Positions 12,601 to 23,338 of a stretch of 64,000 nucleotides of DNA are shown in pieces. The DNA is from Lingula anatina (taxonomy: Eukaryota > Animalia > Brachiopoda). The notes beneath the pieces were generated by a model. It had not been told where the DNA came from and did no database searches. It saw only the letters and a list, made by a program, of their open reading frames with translations. The position numbers and the translations under genes are program-made. Within the stretch, counting starts at the first letter, position 1. Every line of letters starts with the position of its first letter. Location of the stretch: contig CM120641.1 in assembly GCA_051362555.1 (NCBI GenBank), positions 9,548,001 to 9,612,000 on the forward strand, given 5' to 3'.

Positions 12601-15600
12601 TGATACTTTTTATATACTGTACAAGGTCTGGTAATAACACATATTATTCACAATTCTGCCATGAAAATATGATGAAAAAGCAGAATATGTGGGCGATAAG
12701 GGGAAGGGGGATCTGAAATACCTCCAACCTAGTGCTGGTGGTGTAATATCTGGCCTAAAAATACTACCGCTTGTCATACTGTCCACTTACATCTCTGCAA
12801 ATTCTCCACCAATAAGGTCATCTAGGGACTCATCTGGAGTCTTCAAATCCCTTCCCATCTTGCCTTTAGTCTTTGATGCTTTGGATGACTTTGACCCTCT
12901 ACGGTGTTTTAAATTTTTCCTTGGTGTTGAAAGGAACTTTTCAGTGTTGGATTCATCACTATATGGGAAAGTGTCCGATTCTCCACTACCTTGACTTGAA
13001 GCACGATGCCGTGATTGTTTCTTTCTCATGGAGTGAGTTGTCACATACTTCAGATCTGGTAAAAAAAACATTAAAAGTTATCTATGTGCAATCACGGCAA
13101 ATTTTCCTCTAATTTTTAAAGAAAAGAATGCATTTTTTTTTCAGATGAAAATCAACTTTATAGATGAGTTTCTTATAATTCCCGAAACAGTCCTTATAAA
13201 TGTGATTTTATTCTTAATCATTAATCTACCTACTGCATGTAAAGTTCCACTGCTTAGACCAAACTCCATTAAATTTTCTAATCAAGGTTGCTGACTTCTT
13301 ACCTGCTTCACCACCCTCTGAGAAAGCAGATACACTCTTTGTGTCTAACAAATGAAATAAATAGAAATGCTTAAACATGAACCAAACAGGACTTTCTTAA
13401 CGACATTAAATTTTTGCAATCAACTTAAGTAAATTCAGAATCAATTAAAAAATATTTTAAACAATTAAATAGTACATTTTGTTACACCATAAACATTTTT
13501 GAATATATAAAAAATGTTTCAGTTCTATTTTTCTACTGTAATACCCATCCTAATTGGTAGCATAATGACTTCTTTACTGTATTTTTTTCCTGTTCTTGAA
13601 CAATAGCAATTAAATTGTTCTTTATTTCTGTACTAATTTATTATCATTTTTCTCTAAAATCATCCTAGAAATGCAAAACTATAAGTATAAATGAACATGT
13701 AGTACTGGGCTTTTTCCAGCATGTTTCAATTATATTTTGTCAAATACATTTTTGATTTGGCTGAAGTTGTCAAGTTGTTTGTCCTTAAATACTTTTCTTT
13801 ATCCTAGAGGGAGCCCAGCAATGCAATTTTTTACCGTTTTTAATCATTGGCAGGAATCTTCCTCCAATTCTGGGTATTCCCTCTTGTTTGCGAGCTGAGG
13901 TGCAATTCAAAGTGCAAGACACACATAAAAAAGCAAAATACAACACTGCAATGTGCAATGTGATCAACAAACAAATCAAGAAAAACTGCATAAATGCATA
14001 TAAAACCACCACATCAAAGCAGTATCTTTATACTAATTATAAAGAAGCCTAGACTGTAAATATTCATTGCTTTTTTAATGGTGAAATTAAACAAAATGGT
14101 ATTGTAAAAAAATTCAATATCCACACGTCAACTTCAATCAGGCAGCTATATGACTAAATTATGTCAACCAATATTATCTCATTGTGGATATGTTTAAAAA
14201 TAGACAAAGAAAGACAATAAAAAAGAAAGATAAACACACACACACACACATGCTACAGTGATAGAAAAAAGTCTGTGAACACTGCATTTACCTTCCAGAT
14301 TTCCCTTCATATCATGTATCATCTTCTTCAGCTCTCCATATGCCAATCTCCAGTCAATAGTGAGGTCAGCATGAGACTGCATTACTATAGTAGTCAGGTT
14401 AGGCACACCCTCAATTGCACCTAAAATACAGGATATTATTACAATATCATTCAAATCAAGTATAAAACCAGATATGCTGTCCACTGACTAATTTTTGTCT
14501 TACAATTTAATGTGCTCAAGGTGAAAACTCAAAAGGATTTACAACAATGTCAACAGAAGGCCATCAACAAATTTTGAGTTTAAGAACTATGAAACAATTT
14601 TATAAGAAAGTATATAAGCTAATGTATCTGTGGTTATAACAATTTACTATGCTTATCATTTCGTTAAGTTAACATTAGTATTTGTACAGTATCTGTTTCA
14701 TTACCCATGGCTTTGCACTTGAGTATCCAGAGTTCTGCTGTGTCTGCTATGTATCTCCATCTTCTACAAACCTAGATTTAAAAATAGATGTTGTTGCATA
14801 TGTGGGTACATATCAATCTTTGTGTGTCTTTCAAAGGTCATTGTATTCACCTTAAACCTAACCTTAGGCAATTAGCGACATTTCTTTCATAAAGCAAGCT
14901 AGATAGATATGTAGATGTAGATAACTAATTTCCCTTGCCATTATCTGGACATTTCATATCAAATATAAAATCAATGTTTTCATGTAGCACTAATACTACT
15001 CAATTCCAGATACTCACCAAGCCTGCTTCATCAATTTCCTTAGATGTGAGAAAGGAAAAGATGTTTATCAGGATGTGATCTGGAAGCATGTTGATGTCTG
15101 CTGTATCTTGTAGTCTGGATAAAGAAATCCAACATCCAAATCATTATACCTGATGCCTCATAAATATTTGTGAATTGATCCAATTCACTATGGTCATGAA
15201 AAATTCTGAAGTGTTTAACTTAAATAAGTCATTCTCTATATCCAGGGGCGGAATTAGGGCGTCTTCTGGGTCTTCCGGAAGACGGTCAGATTTTCAAGTT
15301 TACATTGACGGGTATCTAATTTTTTCTGTTGGAAGACGGTCAAAAATGGAGGATGGATCAACAAAGATAAATTGGAAGACTGTCAGAAAATAACTCTGTT
15401 TTTTTTAATCATTGAAGATATTATTTTTACTTTTAAATTTCAGTTATACCCTCCTGTTGCTCACCTCTGTATAAGGCACTCTGCTAATGAACTGATCACA
15501 TCTGGGCTGCACTTCTTCACAAGTTCTGCTAATAATGCCAGACGTTCGTGATGCTGCCACACCTCCATCCACTGAAAATATATAAACACTTTTATCATAT

Positions 15601-18393
15601 CTTATATTACATTTATGTACCTTGAATATGTTGAGAAAAAATAATAGCTATATTTATATATATCAGGTACATTAAGTAGCAGATGAGCCATAATATTATT
15701 GCATAACAAGCCACCCTCTTATATCTAAAATAATATGAAATGGAATATAAAACAGAAATTTCAATATGGTTTTAAATAATTTAATCAACTTTCATGACTC
15801 ATTTAAAACATTTAAGTTTTGGGCAAAATTAAGGGTGCTTAATGGTAATGAAGGAGCAGCATAAAACCCCATAACTGGTGCCAGTAAATTCTTTGAATGT
15901 TGACATATTTCATAACTAATGTGGCTCACCTCCCAAACTTTTTCTAACTGTTCCTTGAATTTTGTACTGAGCTTGCTTCTCTTTGCTTTGACGAAGACTT
16001 TTCCTGCTGGTGGTTGCTGCACCCACCATTTGAAATTCTTGTAGCTTCTTTGCACAGGCACATACACCTCCTGTAGCTCTGGAAGTTTTCTGGTAGACCC
16101 TGTATTCACTTCTCTCTGGACAGGACCTTATAACAAAACAACAACAGCACATTATAAACAATGTTTTGACAGGATTAAACAAAATATTTAAGATGGATTG
16201 AAATATATTTTCTGAAATCGAAGTAAGAATTCAATCTGTTGGTTAATGTTTAATGGCAATCCATAGTTCCCAGTGCATAACAATTGGTTTCTGAACTTAG
16301 CCAAAGTATATGTCTTCAAACTTATTTCAGGTCTCATATAGATTGGACACAGAAACAATGGCAGGGGTTTTACAAAGATTGATACCGTTGAAGAAAGTGA
16401 TGTGTATATGTGCACTATTGCCTACAATGATTTAACCATGTCTTCGCCTTTTATTTAATGATCAAAAATCTTACTCAAAGGAAAGGATGAATAAGATCAA
16501 ATGTTCCAAAATACTACATGTAGATCAAATAAGGATCTTACCTAACCGTTCCCACATATCTGCACAGAAATACTCTGCAGTGCTTATATTTGAACTTTTA
16601 ACACTTCTGGTCCTAAGTTTCCCACTGTCTGAGGAGGATGGTGGAGAAGGCCTGAGAGGACTATCTCTTGACTCCAATTCCTCACTGTCTTGACTTAGAG
16701 GACACTTTGGTGGGCTTTTAATTAATGGCATGTCTTCTGTTGAAAACATTGTTACTGATGCAGTTTCTGCAATTGTGACTTTAGCTGTTCCTTTTACTTG
16801 CTTTTTATGGATAGAATCTTTGGTGGTTTGTGTTGTCAGAACTTTTTCACTACTAAAATCCACTTCTTGATTGTCATCTTGCAACAATATTTGTTCACCC
16901 TGTATTTCCTCATCTAAACCCTGGACTTCATCCACTGTCACACACTTGTGCTGTGACATTCTTGACGATGACCGTGACATTTTCCCACTACATCTAGACA
17001 TAGTTCTTTCTACCTCTTCATCCTCATACTTATTCACATGAATCACTACATCAACAGCAGACTGTAAAATGCTGTTTGCCATAGTTTCTGCTAAACTGTT
17101 TATAGAGCCTTCATACTCTTTATGCAGAACAGAATCCAAAGCACTGGTCACCATTTTCTCTGCTATGGCATCTAATGCCCCCGTCTGTCCCTTTACTGGA
17201 GAAGAATCACTGAGATATTCATCATCGCTGGACCCACTTTGTGCTTCATGTTGAGCAGCAAGGTGACGAATGAGTCTTTTTTCATCATCTGGTATCTTAT
17301 ATTCTCCATCTGTGTCTGTGCCATCAGTGTCCTTGCTTCTGCCCCTGGCATCCCTCTCCATACTAGGCTCTCTACTATCCTCATATCTGATAGCAGTGCT
17401 GGCAGTCCCTTGCCTCTCTGTATGAGATTCTACATTAACATCTCCTCCATCTTGTGGAGTGTTTTCAACTTTATCTGTCACATTTTCACTTTCATTATTG
17501 TCTGCTTTATCACACTGGGGGACACTATCACCCCCCGCACTAGTGACCTCAGTGCTTGGACCCCGAATCACAACTTCAATATTGCCAAAGTGTTGAGTAT
17601 TTCCCTTTGAGCTATTTTTCTTCAGCTCATGTTTCAGTCTGTCCTTGAAGTTTCTATTTAACTGTCCTACTTTACTGGGCTTCTGATGACGTAGGGCAGC
17701 TGAAGGATAACGCTTTTTCAAAGAGGCAACAAAATCCCTGTGAAAAACTGGCTCTAAATCAGTGGCAAGAAATTCCAGCTGACTCGTTGAACATCTAAAA
17801 AGCACAAAAAAAATCATGTTATCACTTTTATCACATCTAAATCAAACAAACAAGTAGATGGACAGACAAAATACCAGATATATATAAAACTTTTTATACT
17901 ACATTTATTATATTTAACCAATATGTGTATATCTTATTACAAGTTTACATTTTCACATTTAATTCAAATTCTGATGGTTTTCTCTCTTTCTGATTAGTAT
18001 AATATACATATACAGTATGTCTCACCAAGTCTAAAAATAAGTAACCCTTCAGGCCAGTAAGATTCAGACTTCGCTGGTTGGGTTAAAAATCACTGGCTTG
18101 TGGCACATGGGGAACCAGTAATTTCTAACTTTGTAGGAAAGCAAACCTTACCTCTCTGTCAAACCTGCTAATAAATGTTTCTGTTGCCATGGTCTCCATG
18201 AATCAAACCACTCAAAGATTTTCTTATAAATCTGTTTGGTATTTATATATGCTTGGAATTCGGAGGGTTTCTGTTTTGTGCCAACACTTGGAATTGACAA
18301 AGGTGAGTCGTATGTAGCATAGCGTAGGCCTTTGGTGGGTTTAAGTGTTAACTCCCTACTAGGAGGATCAATGTATGGCAAAAATGATGGCAT
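4525..18393 (-). CDS. Large F-box/WD40-repeat protein (FBXW7/FBXW10-related architecture), about 1180 aa, spliced
   Basis: Frame-consistent GT-AG exons, 5' to 3' on minus: 18393-18152, 17794-16542, 16126-15930, 15571-15465, 15114-15018, 14771-14705, 14420-14292, [13894-13835], [13317-13303], 13055-12791, 12188-12080, 11748-11629, 11215-11087, 10875-10807, 10590-10502, 10063-9923, 9338-9257, 5634-5483, 5073-4986, 4659-4525 (TGA). Bracketed exons are optional symmetric cassettes. F-box: INMLPDHILINIFSFLTSKEIDEAGLVCRRWRYIA...LW. Seven WD40 repeats, e.g. GHMNDVLCVTFDKKRLFSGSMDRTIRLWD, GHSDAVNCL...SGSHDKTIRVW, GHKGPVNDVKVSEDRVVTCSDDGNVRVWD. Exact orthology unresolved. Confidence 0.9.
6588..6646. 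repeat. (AAT)n microsatellite
   Basis: Directly visible trinucleotide array with one interruption, in the long F-box gene intron. Confidence 0.95.
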
Positions 18394-19106
18394 AGTTGAT
18401 ACTGAAATGAATAATGCAATAACTTACGAAGTATTTATAAACAAAAATAGAAACAGAGCACTTAAAGTCACCCAAGTCTTGGAAGGCCACGATGGTGGAT
18501 GTTTGCTGAATTTAATGCAAAAAATGACATGTACTGACGAGGCCTTCTGAGGGCAAATACATGGGATATCTTGTTTTTGTGATTTTACAGATTCAATTAC
18601 TCGTAGGTGATATTACTGATGCATTTTTGCTTGAACATAGTACTTATTAAACATATTGACTACTCAGTTACTTGTGAAGTACAGAGGTTCCTGTTCAGTA
18701 CAGCTAGACGGCCTGATTTCATTCATCATTCGTGGAACACTGTGGCACTCGCAGTGCAGGTGCTACTGATTTGTAAATGTATTCAAATGACAGTCGCTAT
18801 TGCACTTACCCTAACTTAAAAAAGTTTTATTAAAACTGCCATCATTTCCCCCTAGCTCCTTCTATCGTTAACCCAGCGACTGCCTTCTCCACGGCTTGTT
18901 ACATTCCGGTGGACCTTTAAGGAATTTAAAATATTTTTATGTTTATAACTTTGCCCACCATGTTGTCTGTCACTATGACCTGTGCACTGTGGGTAATCTC
19001 GTGAAGTGCGAGATTTGACGTTTTGACCAATAAGAAGTAAGTGAACCATCTTCAAATGTCTGGGTTCATATCACTGGGTTTATATGGTGTTTAAAAAAGC
19101 GACGGG
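18394..19106. promoter_or_regulatory. Divergent promoter region between the F-box/WD40 gene and CDKN3, including a probable 5'UTR intron of the F-box gene (18402-18809)
   Basis: CpG dinucleotides reappear here between CpG-depleted gene bodies. Minus-strand donor G|GTAAGT at 18809 and acceptor TTTCAG at 18402. CCAAT at 19027-19031 and CHR-like TTCAAA at 19051-19056. Confidence 0.6.
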
Positions 19107-21432
19107 ATGGTTTTGTTGGTAAGCACTTATTTTGTGTTTTTAGACCGAGGACTATGCAAAACAAGGGATGTGCGGCCATCCCTTGTTCTAGAGACAAGTG
19201 GAAGATCTGCAGCTTGTGTGAGGCTGTCTTCCTCAATGACAAAACCATGTAGTTCCGTCTTGCTATAATATATCATATGACGATATGTAACTTAAACAAC
19301 ATTATAATGTTAATTTTATTAAGAATTTGAAAAGTTAAACTTAAAGGCGGAACTTTGGATGATGCATATTATAACTTGCAGAAATAAATTTCCCTGCTAC
19401 TTTGTAATTAACCATGAGACTTGTTTTCAGAACAGAAATGATTATTACTATTTTGCTCGTTAAAAATGTATTGTAATGCTTTTTAAGAGATCCAGGGAAG
19501 TAATGAGTGGATTTGACTCCTCAGATGATGAAGAAAATGAAGAATTGGACTTGTCACCCTTCATTGTTAACTGGTAATTGTATACACATCTGCGTCAAGC
19601 ATTTGTTGTTACCATAGTTAAGGTTAGAATAAAACCAGAAAAGTTAAATATGTGAAGATAATACAAATAATGCTTTCTACCTATGAGAATGAGATATACT
19701 TTTTTGTCATCAATACACAAGTCAAGAGACAGTGAATAAACTACTAGTATTTCACATGATACATATATTGGTATAATTTATCATTAGCTCTGTTTTGATT
19801 GTTTTCTTCAAGGTTAGATATGTCATGTGTTGGCTGCGCTGAGCAGCTGGGTATAAGTGGTTTGCCAGGTATGTTTGTGTGATCCAGTTTGGTCAGCACA
19901 ACACTGAACAGTTTCTTTCCTTTTAAGTTGAATAATGCAGACAAAAATCAATTAATTGCAAAGCAAATACCATATTGCAATTCATTGATGTAACTCGTTT
20001 ACTAGTACTCACCAGTACACCTTTTTTTTTCTTTTTTTTAGAATTTTTACAGTTATAATTAGTTTGTGGTTTTAGATTAAATTTTTGATTTTGATTTCAA
20101 AACAAATATTATTAGCTGTGTGTGCTTGCATGGCTTTGTAAGAATGTGCTCTTATTGTGCATTGCAGGATGTAGATTCAAAGACACCTGGAGGAGCCTAG
20201 AGACTGATATAGGTAAACTTTACCATTATATGTAGCTCTGGTACATAAAATATTCATTCTTATAATAAAACCCATTTTATATTCCTATTGAGATGTATAT
20301 ATTATAGAGAATCATCAATCACTGATTTGTCAATGATTGAAACATGTAAAATAATGCAATGTGATTCCACATCAATTGAGCTCTAAATTTCATTCCCTCT
20401 ATTTTAGTTACTCTGAAAGGCATGGAGATCACGGAAGTATTTGTGCTGTGTACAAAAGGAGAACTGAACAAATACAGGGTGCCCTATTTGCTCCACGAGT
20501 ACACTGGTGCAGATTTCAATGTTCACCACCATCCGTTCCCTGATGGGCAGGCACCGTCAGTTGCCGGAATGGTGAAAATGCTAGAGGAATTGAAAGTTAA
20601 TTTAATGCAGGGAAGAAAGACTCTTCTACAGTGAGTTTGCCATCCAAGTCATAACTTGTTTGAATGAAAGATGCTTTTTTGGAAGAAAAGAGTAATATAT
20701 GAATTTGAATATTGAAATTGAATTCAAATTTTGATTTTCTTACTTACTTTCTTAACCTATTGATTTTACCAAATAACTTTTAAACATCCATGTAATGACT
20801 TTTAGAAATGGGAACTTTCCTCCTTTTTAAGGTAAAAATGTTAAAGCTTTGGATTTTGTGTGAATATAGGTAAAGTGAAAAAGGAGTAGTAGGTTTTCCT
20901 CCTTCCTCAGGTGTCCGTGATCTGCATTTGAGAGACCATTTTGCATTTCATGTATTTATATTTTTTAGTTGTTTTGGTGGACTTGGCAGATCCTGCGTGG
21001 TAGCAGCTTGTTTGTTAATGTACATGGATGAAAGTTTAGACTCAGAATCAGCAATTCAGAGGTTGCGGCAGTTAAGAGGCCCAGGGGCAGTGCAGTCAGT
21101 GAAGGTATCAACATCAATAAAAAAGTTTTCTTATTATGTTCATTTGTACACCAAACAATATCATTAGTTTAATTTGTAAAATGGTGTTTTTTATATGATC
21201 AAAACTGCTTTCTAGACATTTGGGCAGTTTGTCTTCAATGCATAGCCATTGTTGTGAACAGACAAGTAAACTTGGCAACACTTTGAGACTTGGAATTCAT
21301 AGCAATTTATTTGAATGTTTTTAATTTTGTGTCTTTTTTTTTCAGCAATACAATTTTATCCATGATTTTAGAAAAAATTTGGAAGAGTACGAACAAGGAA
21401 AAGAAGAGGCATCAAGATCTGTATCCCGATGA
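19107..21432 (+). CDS. CDKN3: Cyclin-dependent kinase inhibitor 3 (KAP, CDK2-associated dual-specificity phosphatase)
   Basis: Exons 19107-19118 (MVLL; tentative, alternative start ATG at 19503), 19488-19573, 19813-19868, 20168-20212, 20408-20630, 20969-21104, 21346-21432. Translation FDSSDDEE...SPFIVNWLDMS...LPGCRFKD...VFVLCTKGELNKYRVP...HHHPFPDG...HCFGGLGRSC (CX5R)...LRGPGAVQSVKQYNFIHDFR...SRSVSR matches human CDKN3 along its length. Confidence 0.96.
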
Positions 21433-23338
21433 GCAGCAGTGATGTGTAGGCAAAAATGTCACGTAATTTGAAGTTCAATGCTCACTGAATTCACATGCAC
21501 ATTCTGTTCTACGAGGAAGAGACTGATGGATGGAATATTTGATAGAATTACACATCCCGTTGACTTGGATGCATGATCAGATGACAGTTACTTAACCTTT
21601 TTTTTTTTGTTAAAAAGGTTGATGCATTTCTGTACTAGTGCAATTGCTTTTATCTCTGCTTCACATGATGATGAAATGATTTTCACACTTTATTCAGAAA
21701 AATTCAGTGATACACGTTCATGAAAAAAAACTCTTTGTGATTGATCATTAGAAAATAAGGAGTTATAAGAAGATTTTAAATAAGTACAACTGGAAAAAGT
21801 CATGATTGTAATTTGCATGTTTTTTTGCTGGTACTTTTTTGTAAGTGCTTGCTTCTGAGAATATTTTCTTTAGATGAGGAAGGTGATTTTGTAAATAAGC
21901 TGCTATTTGTATGTATTGGACATGGCAGGATAAATATATTTATTTTTATTTCTAGTAAAATAATATTTTGTATTTATTTATAAGCATCATTTACCAAAAC
22001 ACTACTACAATACATATTCTCTGACTAAAACATTACAAGGTTTCATGAGGTTTTAAATAGGGAATAATAATAAAAAAGAAATTCAGAAGTTGGTGGTTTA
22101 TATTTTCATTTGTATTTTGTTTTAGAGATGGGAAAGGATTAGACTTGTAGATTTTGAATAGGATGTGGATTTGGTATCTAAATTGTATTGAGAGGAAATC
22201 GCACTCAGTTTTACAATTAACCTTTTCTTGTTAAAACTAGTTCTTCAAGTTATTGGATCACAACGTCTTGCTTAAGAAATAGGTATAAACACAAAAGCAA
22301 AGAAATCGGTTAAAATCTGTTCTTTTATTGATGAATATTTATAGGTTTTCAGGTAGGAATCTGCAATGGTATCAATCACTTCTGGGGTAATTTTCTTGCA
22401 ATAAATTGTTTAACATATGGACATTAATTCCATCAGAAAGTATAGCTGTGCTGTACTGTATGCAAACCTGTATTAATAACACACAAACACATACATAATT
22501 TGTTACATAATTGACAGCAGCCATATTGTCTCAATTATACTACCATCTACCACCACTTGAAAAAGAACCTATAAATCTTTTAGAACCTTCCCAATTTGTA
22601 AACAGCTTATGAAATATATAATACACATTGGGTTTTAACTCCCATTTCGTCTATAAAATACTCCTCTTAACAAGTTTAATCACATATCTCCTACTTCCTT
22701 TTATTTATATCTCATTATTTCATATGAATGCTATGTTAAAGCTATTGAATATTTTTATGGATTTAAAGCTTTAGTCAATAATTATGGAAGAAAAAAATCT
22801 TATCATCAATATTAGTGGCAGTGAAGAGTTTCCAAACAAAAAATTATGCAAAATCATTTAGTTTATACAGCCACTGAGATCCCTGACATTAACACCGGTT
22901 TAAATAAATTGGGAACAAATTATGTTTCTTGTGGCAAAAAGTTATTTTTTAATGTCATCTTGACATTCTAAACCTCAAATAACAAGCATTAGTGACAAAA
23001 TCTTTTATCTGGTAAGATGTTTTTTGGTTACAAGGCTTCATTTGTTATCTACAAAAAAGCAACATAAAATATCTTACTGAGGCATAATACTGTAAAACAA
23101 CTGGAAATGATGATAATGTAAACGATACTAAAACTTCACATAATTAAAGGAAATCATCATAACCATTATACTATGATATCTTTTAACTAATAACAAAAGA
23201 GATTTATTAATAATAAGATAACTCTACATGATACCTCTTCCTTATAGTATATCTTCACTGACCAAAACGCAGTAATATGTCTAAAAAGATTCTTGTATAC
23301 ATTTGCTCTATTTTTACAATCATAATATATAGTAGTGT

